From: Neophaeotheca triangularis
Taxonomy: Eukaryota
Assembly: GCA_054600435.1 (NCBI GenBank)
Contig: BAAIJX010000059.1
Location: 1 to 64,000 of the forward strand
DNA length: 64,000 nt
Reading direction: 5' to 3'
The position numbers and the translations under genes were made by a program. The notes beneath the pieces are model-generated. The model saw nothing but the letters and a program-made list of their open reading frames with translations. It had not been told where the DNA came from and ran no database searches. Each line of letters starts with the position of its first letter. Position 1 is the first letter of the stretch. Of this stretch, positions 47,884-61,567 are shown one piece after another.

Positions 47884-49670
47884 ATGCCGTGGAAATCGCG
47901 CTGGACAATCGACATTCCTACAGCGTCCCTCCCAACCTACCTTTTCGGACCACCTTCAACACCTTCGTCCGAACTCGAAACCAAGCCTATCCTCATAGAT
48001 TCTGACGAGCCCTCATACAATCTGACCCAGCGCTCCTACCGACAATGGAGCAAACGGTTAGCAGCCGGGCTGAAAAATGCCGGCTTCCAACCGGGTGACA
48101 GACTCCTTCTCTATTCCGGTAATACCATCTTCTTTCCCACGGTCTTGATGGGCACCATCATGGCAGGCGGCATCTTCACGGGCGTGAACCCTGGCAATGT
48201 CGCCAAAGAGCTCGCCTACCAACTCTCCGACAGCGGCGCCAAATTCATGCTAAGCTCGAGCGCCGGCCACGACATCGCACTCGATGCAGCCAAGAGCATC
48301 AACTTCCCCACATCCCACGTCTTCGTCTTCGACAACGGCTACGCTACTTTCGACAACGCCGGCGCCCCCGAGAAGAGTATTCAACACTGGTCTAAACTCC
48401 ATGCCTCCTCTTCGTCCGCCGACTCCTTCCAATGGAAAGACTTCACCACGCAAGACGCCATGTCGCGCACAGCAGTACTAAATTACAGCTCTGGCACCAC
48501 AGGCGTGCCCAAGGGCGTCGAAATCTCCCACCTCAACTACATCGCCAACTGCCACCAGACGTCCTTCATGACGGACCTCGACGCCAACGTCGAATCCAAA
48601 CTCAAGCGCGCAGTCGGCCTCTCCATGCTCCCCATGTACCACGCCTACGGCCAAACCATCCACTGCGTCAGCTGTCCCCGCCGCCAAATCCCTGTCTACG
48701 TGATGCAGAAGTTCGACTTTGTCAAAATGCTCGCCGCCATCCAGCGGTACCGCGTCACAGACCTCACGCTCGTGCCGCCTATCGTCGTGGCCCTGGCGAA
48801 ACGTCCCGAGGTCAAGGACTACGATCTTAGCTCCGTGGAAGCAGCTGGCAGCGGCGCGGCACCTCTCGGTCGAGAACCAACGCTCGAATTCGAAGCTCTT
48901 TGGCCAGAAGGGCGCGTGAACATGAAGCAAGGCTGGGGCATGAGCGAAGTCACCTGCAGCGCGTGCGGTTTTGATCCAAACGACTGGAGTTACAGCTCAG
49001 CAGTCGGCGAGCTGAACCCGAACCTCGAAGCGCAAATCGTGGATCCCGATGGTAGAGAAGTGGGCGAGGGTGAGCGAGGCGAGTTCTGGATCCGTGGCCC
49101 AAACGTTATGAAAGGGTACTGGAGGAAGCCGGAAGCTACGGCGGACACTAAGACGAGGGATGGCTGGTTGAAGACGGGGGATGTGGCGCTGACGGAGTGG
49201 GTTGAGGGGCGTGACGGCGGGAGGAGACGAATTATCCACATTGTTGATCGGATCAAGGAGTTGATTAAGGTGAAGGGAAACCAGGTTGCGCCGGCGGAGC
49301 TGGAGGCGCTGTTGTTGGAGAATGCGGCCGTCGCGGACGCGGCCGTCGTCGGGGTTACCATGTGAGTTGCTTTTCCCCAACCCTGGCAGATTGCCCTCTT
49401 GACCTTTCGCTTACAAATGATCTTTTCCGTAGCAACGGAGAAGAATACCCTCGTGCCTATATCGTGCTGCAAGCAGGACAAAAGGCCTTGGACAAGGAGA
49501 TTGCCGATTGGCTCGCAGAGAGGGTTGCTAGGCACAAGAGGTTACAGGGCGGTGTTGCTTTTGTCGACGAGATTCCTAAGAACCCGAGTGGTAAGATCTT
49601 GAGGAAGATTTTGAGAGAGCGCGCGAAGGGTGAGGTTGGGGATAGGGAGCCAGGGGGGAGTAAGTTGTGA
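47884..49670 (+). CDS. 4-coumarate-CoA ligase-like acyl-CoA synthetase, peroxisomal; intron 49362-49432
   Basis: YSSGTTGVPKG AMP-binding motif, QGWGMSE, GWLKTGD, DRIKELIKVKG and PKNPSGKILR; C-terminal SKL (PTS1). Confidence 0.95.
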
Positions 49671-50189
49671 GAGAGCTGGTGGGGAGGGTGTCGTATGTTT
49701 GATGGTTGGTGGTTTGGAGGGCTCGATGTTGCAAGTGGTGGCTTGGGGGGCTGCTGGGACCTGCCGGCGGTTATACGGTACGCCGAGTCTTGAATGAACA
49801 TGGCTGTAGTAAACATCGCAACGATGGATATGGGGATGGCGACAACAGTTGCTCTTGGACCTTGGTCTCATACGATGGGACTGGCTCTGTTCACCTACCA
49901 CCCAACTGTATCAAGTTGCGTGGGCTTCACACAGTATCATGACACCTGACTCCAGTAATTGCACGACTAATCAATCTACATTTCTTCACTTCATGTCTCG
50001 TCTCCCACCTGTATCGGCTTCAAGTGGGTCGGGCTTGGCAGTAGGTAGTTCCTCGGCCTACCTTCCAGCCTCGTCGTCAGCTGGCTTGTTTACACTCCGC
50101 ATCCCATCAATGCACACACACACGCCCAAGCTCCCACCGCAACCCACCACCGCAACGACCGCCAACGACAGCAATATCCATACCCCCTC

Positions 50190-50338
50190 ACGCGACAACA
50201 CCTTTCCAATCGCTGCCAGCCACTCGACTTCACCGACAGACTACCACGAATTGATGCGCACGCGCCATCAACTTCCAGCCGACGCGACGACGACGCAAAG
50301 TGAAGGAGCGCGCCTGCCAACCAGGACTTGGCGCGAAA
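50190..50338 (+). promoter_or_regulatory. Cluster of CGCG-core (MCB/SCB-like) elements upstream of DSN1
   Basis: ACGCGA at 50190 and 50282, ACGCG at 50260, CGCGAAA at 50332. Confidence 0.45.
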
Positions 50339-50390
50339 CAACAAAAGTGCCCGGCGACATTACGCCTCCCGGACTGCCTGAGGTAGAGGC

Positions 50391-52559
50391 ATGTCTATGA
50401 TCCTTACGCGCTCGCCACTGGAAACCATCAGCATGAACGGCGCGGGGACGCAGAAGAGGCGGAGCGCGCGCTTGAGCGCCGAGGGCGTCGAGGATGTGAA
50501 TGAGGGACAGCCGCCCCAGAAGAAGACCAAGGTTGCTGGGCAGACTACTGTGGGGACTAAAACGGCGGATGGGGGCCCGGCGGTGCAGGGGAGAAAGGGG
50601 AAGGGCAAGAAGGGTGAGTTTGATCTATCTTCGTCTTTTGCGCGTGGGGAGCGGCTGTTCGGATCTGGGTGTCGGCCATTGGGGATTGTGCTAACGTTTT
50701 GGTATGGTAGTATACGATCAAGTCGACGACGATGACGGTTTCATGTTCTCCAAGGGCTCTAAGAAAGGCAAGAGCGCAAAGGCGAACGCGACAACGACGG
50801 CGAAATCTACTACGGAAGCGCAGGCTGGAGCTGGCGCGACAGGAAAGACAGGTCATGACGCATCAGCAGAGACGGCCGCACCGAAGACGGCGAAGAAGAC
50901 TCGTCGACAGATGCCTAGTACTCCGGAACGCGATGCGGCGGATCGTACGGTTCGGCGCAGCAAGCGCATTTCCAATGAGCACGAACAACCACAGCCAGAG
51001 CCCCAGGCCAGCCCTATCCGGGCTTCTCACGCGAAATCTCATCTGAATACAAAGGAACGATCTCCCAGTCCTGAAAAGGCGAGGCCAGTAACAGTGGAAA
51101 AGAAACGGAGACGCGTCGTGGAAGCTGAGGGCGAAGGTGCCGAGCGTGCGGTCGAGGAACAGAGAACAGCAAGAATTGCTCTACCGTTCGCGGACACGCC
51201 TGTAATCAAGCGCAACAAGGAAATGCGGAAAGCTTCCGCGGATATGGCTGCGAAGAGTGCCAGTGCTGGCGGGAGTCGAAGAACTAGCAGTGGTATGCGA
51301 GGGAAAAGGGCCAGTTCGCTAATGGAGGAGGGCAAGGGGAGTGGTGAGTTTGCTCCAGAATCTTTTGCTTTGCCTGTACATTTTGGTTTCGCTACGGATG
51401 GTTTGTTAGACGAATTGCAGGGGAGGGAGGCATTCGACCCGTTCTTGTCATCGCCTCTACCACTCTTCACGTCCGGCAGCCAAGGTGATTCTTCACAATT
51501 TCCTCGAGTGCATTCCGCTGACGAGACTTTTCCTCCCCCAGCTCTTCCGCACCCAGAAGTCCCCACAAGCGAATTCTACAAACACATTTCCGCCGACTTG
51601 ACCGAACCGCGCCGCATGCGCTGTCTCCTCGGTTGGTGCTCGAACCGCGCTTTACCACCCAAACCCTCGGCACCCACTTCTCGAGGGCCTGAAGCGCAGA
51701 TGGAATTTCAAGCTTTGCAAGCGGCGAGAGTGATACAAGCGGAGCTCGCGCAGGATCTGGTCAGTAGGGGTATCTTAAGCGACTGGTTTTCGCGAGATGA
51801 GACCGCGGATGTCAAGACGACTGTCAAGAAAGCGCCTAATCCGAGGAACGTGACGAATGCTAGCAAGGCTGAGGAGTTGGAGGCGGAGCTGGAGAGGTAA
51901 GTCGCTAACATCAGCACTTTAGACCACTTGTGGCGGTGGCAGGAAACAAGAGTATTTGCTGGAAACGACGAGCTGACATTTCACCTCGCAGACTAAAACA
52001 AGAGCGCGCCCAATGGGACGCCCTCCTCTCCTCAACAAATCTGCCGACATCCCCTCGGAAACCTTCACCGGAATCCGCAGACCCTTCCACCCCAGCCCTC
52101 TCCCCCATCAACCCCGATCTCCTCTCGACCCCAGACCGCGCCATCTTCGCTCAACTCAACAATGCACCCATAACCGAAACCGAAACAGACACTCCCTCGC
52201 AGCCCCTCCCCACAGTCACCACCGTGCAATCCCGCCTCCAAACCTTGACCGCAAATCTCGAATTCAATGTCGACGCCCTCTTCCACGGCGTGCACGCTCT
52301 CGCCGCTCTGGGCGAAACGGGGGATCGGCTGGCCGATCGGGTGCTGAGGGAAAGTGCCAGTGTGCTGGAAGCGAGGGAAAGCAGAAAGCGGGAGTTGGTG
52401 GCTGAGGCTGAGAGTAAGGAGAATGGAGCTGGAGAGGGGGTGAGGAGTAGCGGTGTGGCAGTTTTGGATGCGCTGAGAGGGTTGGGGAGGGTTTTGAATG
52501 AGGGGGCTGGGGATGGTGGGCAGCAGGGTTTGGTTGGTAAGGGAAGGGACGGAAGATGA
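50391..52559 (+). CDS. DSN1: Kinetochore Mis12-complex subunit Dsn1/Mis13; introns 50614-50710, 51344-51541, 51897-51991
   Basis: DDGFMF, LPFADTPVIKRNKEMRK, RRTSSGMRGKRASSL, PHPEVPTSEFYKHI..EPRRMRCLLGWC and PNPRNVTN. Confidence 0.88.
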
Positions 52560-53133
52560 GAGGCGGAAAATAGCCTGACCGAGTTGGGATGAGACGAGCG
52601 TGGGTGGCTTTTTTATTGCAGCTTGCTAGCCTCCTCGCTTGGATTCTGGGTTGTCTTGATAAGGGAGTTGTGTGTTTTTACTTCTCTTCACTGATGGAAT
52701 GGAATGGATTAGATGGACGGATGGATGCCTCGATACCAAACAATGCAAGAGCAGAGAAGAAAAGGGGAAGGTCTGCAGCGGATTCGGTGCAGCGTCGTCG
52801 ATACGGTTGGAGTACAGTAGCGAGACCAGGTCCTAAAGTCAACTGCTTGAACCTCTTACCCGTCTCTCCCCGCACCCTTTCGCTCACTGCTTTCTCGCTT
52901 CCTCTCTTCCGACCTCCTGTCTTCTCCTTGCTCTCCATCGCTCTTCCCAAGCCACGGCCACCCGTGTGCTTCGTTTAGTCGGCGATGGGATGGAGTAGGA
53001 CAGCTTATGCGGTAATCTACGTGCACAGCTTATTAAATAAATAAAACAATCAATCATAGTTAGGCCGCGTGGACGGTCGAATTCGAACAATCTACCTCGA
53101 ACAGGGCTCCCCGGGTATACCGTGTACCTTCCC

Positions 53134-55215
53134 TTAAACAGCAGGAGTTCTTCGATCGAATTCCCTCATCTCAGCGGCCCCATCACCGACGAGTCCGATG
53201 TGGTCTCTGTTATCGTCGATGATCCTCCCGTACTCTAGCAGCAAGCGGAACAAATAAATCTCCATGTCTTCCCTCCTCAACACCTTCTCGGCCCAATCGC
53301 GCCCTTGGTGCGCAATCTTGTGGGCCTCGAAATCGTGCCGTGGCACGGTGACGGCATCGTCGCCGTTGCTGGCAGGAGATGTTCCGTTGAAACCGGCAAA
53401 GTAAGCGAGCAGAGAATAGAGGTCACCGTATCGGTTGTCGACGGGAACAAAGTGCCGCCACGCCCAGAGCCGACTGTCGTGCCACTCGCGAAAGATGGTG
53501 GCTTTGAGGCCCAGCGATCTCGATTGCAGAAACGCGCGCCAGCGGCCGGAAAAACTCATGCCGTCCACGTCGATTAGGTACTTTGATTTGAAGGTGTCGG
53601 TGAGCTTTGTCTTGTTCAGCATTGCGAATTTGGAATTGTAGAAGCTGCAGTCGGGCACGCAGTTTGTTTTTTGGGTGAAGCCGATGTCTGTGTAATCCTT
53701 TGCGAGGGAGACGGGGCTGAAGGATGTTGCGGTATACGTCTTTGGATCTGTTGACGAGATGTTGAGGGCCAGAATGGTGAGGTTTTTGGAATCGAGGAGC
53801 AGCTCAGTGCTGTTTGTCAATTGCACGAGACGCTGGCGGTGCATTGTTTGCCAGCGTTTAGGCTCGGTGCCTGTCGTTGTGCCGCCACTAGTTGAGCCGC
53901 GCCAGATCATCGTGTCGTCCTTGTTATGCCAACTCACGTCTTGCTCACCATTGTATTCATAACGGCGGTCACGCTTCCAGTACATGTTTGCTGGAAAAAG
54001 TATGTCGTTGTTGACATTCAATTTACACTCGCCAAAGATTGGTATCAGCTTGTGCGTAGCCAACGTCGATGTGCTAGCGTAGAGCATTCCGTGGAGGTTT
54101 TTGAGTTGGGGTCCCACGGTGCAAAGGTCGGACTAGATGTTGGAATTGGTGATGAAGCCACCCATTTCATGCTTGTAGCTCGACTCGGCAGCTGCAAGAT
54201 GCGTCAATGACTTGTCGTTTCGAGCATGAGATTCTGGAGGGCAGGCCATGGAAGCGAGATTCATATATTGCTCGCCATGATACGGGAACCATCCGTACAC
54301 CGGATGAGGGTCACTGGAGCTCTCTTAGTGTTCGTGTGGCATCCAGAAAGGGTTCCATTGCGGGAACCACAAGTCCCGCGGCGGCAAGGGTCTGGGCGTC
54401 CAAAACCCGTCCATTCTTGTCGAGAATCCGTCTGTCACGCCTTCCTCTTGCAACGTCCGCGTTTTCTCTTCTGTCTTCAGATACTCTTGCATGTCCTCCC
54501 ACGGCACTACAACTCTCGGTTGATCCATGCGGTTGATTGGTATGTCCATGTCCGGCAGCCAAGGAGCCACAGTAGCCAACATCTTGATGAACGTTTCCGA
54601 GCGCCATCCCCATGTCTCCTGAAATACCTGATGATCGCGCAAGGAAATTGTAGCGACCAAATGACCGTAATCGTCAGAAGCATGGGCTGCGTAGTGCCTT
54701 AGTTGGGCAGGAGGAATGGCCCAAAAGGGCCGCAGATCGTCGTGGATTTGCTGAAAATCGTCAATGTCATGGACGTTGCGCTCGCGCGCAAACTTGTACC
54801 ACTACCACAGATTGATGTTAGCATACTCTCCGAGAGCATTTGGCCTGCGTAGCCAGCGCACCTCTTTAAAGCCTGGAGGGGGATGTCTTCCATAGCGCCT
54901 CCTGTACTTTGCTACAGAATCCGCAAACGTCTTGCTCCTAGAGTTGTCGTCGTGTACTTTGAACTCGGAGTCTGCTTGGTGCATCAAGCCCCTGATCGGG
55001 TGTTGGTCTATCGTCTCAGGCAACGCAGCTGTGCGCCATGGGTGATTCCCAGCGTATTGTTCCGGGGGCCGAGGGATCCAGGGTAGCCATTGCAAATGCG
55101 GACCCGAAGACGGCCAGAGAGCGACAAGGCTGCACACCACAACGGCTGCGACGACGAGCGCAGCGCCGAATGCGACGCGGCGTTTCAACCAGAGGGCGAC
55201 GCGCCAGAAGACCAT
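53134..55215 (-). pseudogene. Glycosyltransferase family 90 (CAP10/Cxt1-like) with two in-frame stops; intron 54861-54802
   Basis: YRRRYGRHPPPGF|.WY.FA, LPDMDIPINRMDQPRV, WRGSTSGG, KYLIDVDGMSFSGRW and TIFREWHDSRL. TAA at 54327-54325 and TAG at 54135-54133 are in the coding frame. Confidence 0.8.
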
Positions 55216-55679
55216 CTCATAGCCGTTCCTTCGGTAGATGTAGGCCGTGACATGAGCAAGTGGACGATATGGTGTGTGTGGACCGCGGAAGAGTCCTTGG
55301 TGTCAACAGCAGCAAAGCCCCTCCCTACCCTTTCTTCCTCCACTGAGCGCTGCACAGCATCCCCCGATCCGTGTGTGTCTGTCTCGTTCTTCTTCTTCTT
55401 TCCCACAACAGACATTCAGTCTGCGACCGCATCACACCAAGAAGCTAGGCCGAGGCAAGCTATATATTTACCACCGATCAAGTGAGACTGACCTGTCCTA
55501 TGTTGGCCTTGACACAGAAGCACGGCATAACGTGGCCGAGATATGACTTGGCGTTTCTTCAAGTTACTTTATCCACAGTAGTGTCTCGTCCGCTAATAGT
55601 TAAAAACCTCTTCTAGTTACCTTGCTCTACGCAGCTCTTATGAATGCTCCCAACGACAACCGCACGACCCGTAGGCGTG

Positions 55680-56313
55680 ATGATCTCCCTTTACTCTCAC
55701 AAAACAATGACAATGCTGCGCGCCACACAAGCTGCGCTGGCAATCGTCGTCCTGGGCTTGACTGTATACGGTGCGTCGCCACGCCAGGAGCTCGCTCAAA
55801 CACACCACAATCCTCAAAAAAATAACATTTTTCCCCACGCTGCATGAACAGTCGCCTCGTGGTGGCACAATCACTGGAACGGCAGCTCGCCTAGCCAAAT
55901 CAATTTCATCTTCTTCAGCTCCGTCTGGACGCTGCTCGCGCTACTGTCCATTGCGCTCGCGGCGGCACGTTTCCCCAGCGCCGGCGCAAGCCATTCCTCG
56001 GCCATTATTCTGGCCTTGGAGTCGCTCACCACGCTCTTCTGGCTCGCCGGCTTCATCGCGCTCGCCGTTTTTCTGAGCGACCGCAAGTGTTTCGGCCGCA
56101 TCTGCGCGGCGACACGAGCCGTCTGCGTGTTTGGGGCTTTAGAGTGGTGAGTCGCTGCTCATACTGGAAGCCTGTTCAACGCCGCACTTCGAAAGCCTAG
56201 CGGACTAATAACTCGAGCGGTGTTGCAGGGCTGCCTTTGCCGTCACGATCGCTATACGTGCTTTCGCTGTGTTCGATGGGCGAACTAGACAGTATCGCAA
56301 AGTCCGAGTTTGA
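55680..56313 (+). CDS. MARVEL-domain four-TM membrane protein (start codon uncertain); introns 55771-55851, 56147-56228
   Basis: LRATQAALAIVVLGL, SPSQINFIFFSSVWT, LESLTTLFWLAGFIALA and C....C...RA.CVFGALEW. Confidence 0.85.
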
Positions 56314-56956
56314 GTGTGAGGGTCTAGGAGGGCGTCGAGTGATAGCCGCGGGCGGCGAAGCCCTTAACGAAACTAGGAGCCTAGAATATTATACACAAAA
56401 CGACGAGAGGCGTGCAAGAAATCTGCAGTGTCCTTTCATGATAGCATTTTGTAGACGAGCGCCATGTTGCTTAACTAATTCTCGTAGTGTAAATTACGGG
56501 GTAATGAACTACCTAGTATTACAGAAACTTGTCGAGCAAGTGACTTTTCAGGCTGAGGGCTTCCGTACCGATTATTGTTAGACGTCGCCACTCCTGCCAT
56601 CCGCAGACAGGATTAGATCGTAGACATTGGAGTCTTAGAACAATCATCCGCGACTGTGAGGAAACGGCTACAGGACAGGAGGCAAGTCGTGATTTCATGC
56701 TAGTATCAGTAGCTAGCTTGCTGTACAAAATCCACTGCACAAGGGACCCGGGCTCTGGGAAGATCGTACAAACATGACACAAACGCGCCAACACCTGCAG
56801 TGGACCGAGTAGTCCTGATTCCGCAACTTCCCATATTGCCAGCCCAGCCGCCCTACTGGTCAAACTTCGCATCCCTCCATTGGTAAACGCCACCTATCCA
56901 TCCACACATTCCCACCCCTTTCCCTCCCCCTCCCCTCAAACTTACTTAAAACCCCC

Positions 56957-59900
56957 CTAATCCCCCTCTCCCAACCTAGCATTCATCCTAGCCAGCACTT
57001 GACTCTCCTTGAACCTCCCCCAAGCCTCCGGGTCCATCTCTTGCAAGCGGCGCAAGTCCTCCAAATTCGCGCCAACCTTCTCAAGCACCTCCTTCCACCC
57101 ACCGCTATTCTCGGCTTCGTAGATTCGCCGCAGTTCTTCGCCGCTGAGGGCTTCGAGTTTGGAACCTATAGATGCGAGGCGGGATTCTTGGGTTGGGTTC
57201 GTGTTTGTGATGTTTGTGGTGGGTGTGGCGGGCTGCGGGGAGGTTACTGGTGCCAACGGAGGGTTCGGGTTGATTGCTTCCGAGGTTGTATTGGGAGGAT
57301 TGGGAGCGGTGGTCGAGGTTTGTCTGGTGTTGCTGTTGTTGTTGTTGTTGGAAGCGGCGGTGGGGGATTCGGAAGCGTCGATGATCTCGCGGCGTAAATG
57401 GCTGCCTAGACGGTGCACGCGACCTTCTTCCTCGGCCAATTTTCGGGAGTATAGTGAGACTTCGCTTTGCGACCTGCTCATGCCCGGGCGCAGGCCGTCT
57501 TCTTGCATTTCGTCGTCGATGTCGTCGTCTTTTGCCGTCGTATGGCGGATTGCATCGACATCGCCACTAGTCGTACTGGACGTGCCTTCTTCCGCGAGCT
57601 TGAACTCCTCGCTAGGATCCGAGCCCACGCTGCCGGCATCGTTGGCATCGCCTTCGGCATTCGCGGCTTTTTGATGGAGGGAAGAGCCTCGCACGCGGGT
57701 TTCGGGGTACTCTTCCTCGAACCTCGCGACCATGTTGCGTAGGGTCTGGTCCAAGAACAAAAGCCGGCGATAACTCATCTCATCACCCTCGCGAGCTTCA
57801 CGGGCAATCGCCGGCTGCAATCTCGCGCGAATCTTTCTGGCCGAGAGCAGCAGGTTCTTGCTCATTTCTTTGGCCTTGCCTTTGCGCTCCTTTTCAGATT
57901 GCTTGCTCAGGCCTGCGGATGAGTCGGGACGTTCGCGGACGGGTGTCATGGGGCCTGAGAGTGGCGTTCCTGGCACCGAGCCCGAGTGTCTGCGGTTGGG
58001 GTCGGACTTGTCGCCGAGGACGTACTGCAGAGCTCGCACCACGCCTGTGCCGCCGACGATGTAGTCGTCATCGGGTGCTGGGTGTTCGCCGGGCGTCATG
58101 GTGCCGTCTTCGTCGTAGTGTTCGGGCGTATGATTCATGTGACCCACAAGATGGGTGAGAATGTCGGGCACAGGTACTTCGCGGAAGGAAGAGGGCTCTT
58201 GCTTGCTGTCGGAAGTTGCCAATCTTGAGTCACCCGTGGCGTCTGCGATAGCAAAGTCTTCCATGTTGCGGAGACAATAGGCGACGACTTGTTTCGCGAG
58301 AGCCTTGACGATTTCGGGAGATTCTGGGCCGGGAACCTGTAGAAGTGGGGAGTCAGCCAGTGTTGCAGCACGTATCGAATCCCTCCATCCGTCATTGATC
58401 GAGCCTGTAATAAAGCCTCAAATGTACAAATGCCACATTAGCCGTCTCCCAACGCTCGTAACGGTCGTAATAACCGTAACTCTCAGAGCCCCAAAACTCC
58501 CGTCCAAAAGGCAAGAAGAGAGGAAAAACTCACCCCAACATCCAAACAAACAATCGTCCTGCTCACCCTAACCGCGGCCATCAACCCCGCATAAAGCGCA
58601 CAAGCCTCCTCAGCGCCCCCACTACCGCCTTTTCCATGACCGTCTCCCTCTCCCTCGGCCCTAGCCAACTCCTCCAACTTCTCATTCCCTCTTAAATCCA
58701 AATGAGCCATCCTCGGCCCCTCGGGGAGCACTTCGGCCAGCGAGATCGCCTGTTTGGGGCTCATACCCACGTCCGCCAGATGTATGCGCTTCAGTTGATG
58801 CAAGCGGGGGATATATTTCCGTAAAAGGTGGATCAGGTTTGGGGTATCGCGTTTCTCGGAAGCAAGGTTTTGGGCTGGGTTTTGGTCGGGGTTCCGCTCG
58901 TCGCATAATTCGCGATTGTGGCTGAGATCTATGAATCGGAAATTTACGAGGCGCGCGAGGGCGGGGAATAGGGGTAACAGGTCCGAGGGCAGGAGGTTGC
59001 AATCGGCGAGACTGAGCCCCCAAACGGGGACGTCGGGTTTCTGCATAAAGCACTCTGCAATAGCGCCGAGTTTGCCGCGTAAATTGTTTCCGCCCAAGTC
59101 AAGCGCATGGCAGACGCCTGATCGCAAGAAGTGGATACAGCTTTCCAAGCTGGACGTTTCGAGGTTGTTACCTGCGAGGCCCAATCGTGAGACGCCGGCG
59201 ATAGTAGCGGCGGAGATGAGGCGTTGTATTTGGGAAGGCGCGAGGCCGCATTCGGACAAGGATAGTTCTTCGAGTTTGCTGCTGCCGAGACGCTCCGAGA
59301 GACATTTGTAGAGGGTTTCGGCGGCGTCGATTTCGGTGCCTTTGCCTGTGGGCGCTTGGAAGGGGGCCTTGGTTGGCGTGACGTGCAGGCTTGGGGGCAG
59401 GGTTGAGGGAAAGGATATTAGGGACAGGTCGAGGGCGCGCAGCGAGCGACACATGTAGATGAAGAGGGAAATGTGTTTCCAGCCTGTACGGCCGATGCGG
59501 GGGTTATTTTTGAGGGTTATTTTCTCAACCATGCCTGTGCGTTCGTGTCCGTCGGATGAGTTGTGCGTGAGGTGGAATTGGCCGGGTTGGAGGTTGGATC
59601 TGTGCCGGGGCTGGACATTGTTGCGTTTGGTTGGTGTTGGACGTCTGGCTGCTAGCAAGCCTGCGAGGATAACGCGGACCCCTTCGTCGTTGAGGTCGGC
59701 GTCTTCGAGGAGTAGGCGCTTGACTGGTACAACTGCTAGCCAATCTCCTAGTGTCACAACATCCGCGAGTTGCAGTCGAGAGCCGGTCAAGTCGAGGCAG
59801 TTGACGATGCCGGGCTCGTTCAGACTCGTGCAAGTCGGCGACATGAGCTGCTCTGTGATACGCTTGAGAATGGGTGTCTCGCGGAGTTGACAACAGCGTC

Positions 59901-61567
59901 TGTAGATGCGAACAGGGTCAGTAGTTGGACGATCCTGCTTGTTAGCTATTGCTGGTGCTGCGCCGTTGCTGGCAGCTTGATTGGGCGTAGCTACACCCGA
60001 ACCGGGCCGTGAACGAGGTGGCGTCGAGCCCGGCGAAGGGGGAGGCGAAGCGTCGTTGGAAAGCTCAACGGGGATCGAGCCCATGTCTTCTGCCCGCCGT
60101 CTACGTTTCTCCTTCCTCTCTTTCCGTTCTTCCTCGGATTTCTTCTTCTTCTCCCTCTTCCTGGCCTTACTCGCATCTTTTTCTTCATCCAAACTACCTA
60201 CCACAGGGGCCACCGGCAAAGCATTCTCCTTGTTGTCCTCCACACTCGCACCCGTAGCAACACTACTCTCCACACTCCCCTCTTTCTTCAAGCTTGGCAC
60301 CGGCACCGGCTCAGAAACATTTCCATTCCCAGACTCTTTCTCTTTCTCTTTCTCCTTCTGATTCCCCTCCTTCTCCCCATCCTTCCCCTCATTCTCCTCC
60401 ACCTGCTTATCCGGATTCTTCAACGCCTTCCCCTCTGCAAGCTCCTTCTTCCGAATCTCCACTTTCTTCCTCTTCCTCTCGCCCTCAGTTTCCCCCTCGC
60501 CACCATTTGGACCTTCCTCATCCTTGTACTTCGGACCGCCTGCAATTTCCACATCGACACAAAAACTCACTCTTCTCAACCTGTTCGTATCTAGCTCGGG
60601 CACTAAGCAGCGCTCGCGGTGGCGATCGACATTGAGGACGCGCCGGGGACAGACGCCGCCGCTGCCGGAGCCGGCTTTGGGAACAGCGGTGCTGGAGCTT
60701 GCGCTGCTGAGACGGCGCGTTAGGGAGGAGAAGAAGGAGGTGCCATCTTTGGGTTTGGCGGGGACATAGGGCTCGGCCTCTTCCGCGCCGGTGGAGTCGA
60801 CGACGCCGGGTTTGTTTTCACTGTTGCTAGTTGTGCCGGTACTAGTGGCTGCGGGTGGGGACGTAGTGGTTCCGGGGCTTTGTTTCGCAGCGTTGTTGCC
60901 AGGGCCTGGTGAGCTTGCGGGTGGAGTCGAGGCTTGCGAAGAACTGAATTTGGAGCTGATGTTGCTTATCCAGCTTGCGCGTCTGCTGCCGGGACCACCG
61001 CCGAGCTTCTCGGCGGAGCTACGGTTGAGGAGGTTGGGACGCTTTTGTTGCGATTTTGGTGTTATTTTCTCGCCGTTGCCGTTATTGGAATTGCTGGGCT
61101 TCTCGCTCTTTTCAGCGGTCGGGGTGCTGGGAGAACTACCACTAGTCTCGGGCTGGGAGAGTTTGGGAGGCGTCGTTGTAGCTTGTGCTGGGAAGGGAAA
61201 CGTCTTCTCGCCTTCTGGGGATTTCGAAGCGTTCGGTGTGGGATTGCCAATGCCATTGGTCTTTTGGTTGGACGATTTGGCGTGCTTTGAATGGCCACTA
61301 TGGTGAGAAGTTGGCGGTTTCGCATCGCGAGTCAGACCCGGAGAAGATGGAGCGGTCTTGCGGTGGTGCTCTACACATCAACATGTCAGTCTTGGGAAAC
61401 TCGACCTTCTTACACCTCCACGAGAGCCCACAATCGCTGGAGCCACAAGGTCCTGGCCAAGCTAGCCTTCCACGCCTCAATCTTTCCATTCGATACGTTT
61501 AACGTAGGGACTTACCCCTATTAGGCTGATGAAGCCAGGAAACATCCACACCATGAACCTCTTCCAT
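56957..61567 (-). CDS. Mhp1/Gip3-like RNI-type LRR protein; exons 61567-61516, 61370-58534, 58336-56957
   Basis: MEEVHGVDVSWLH start, RRASWISNISSKFS, RRVSFCVDVEIAG (RVxF), IYRRCCQLRETPIL, LRR repeats and ALAKQVVAYCLRNME. Confidence 0.88.
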
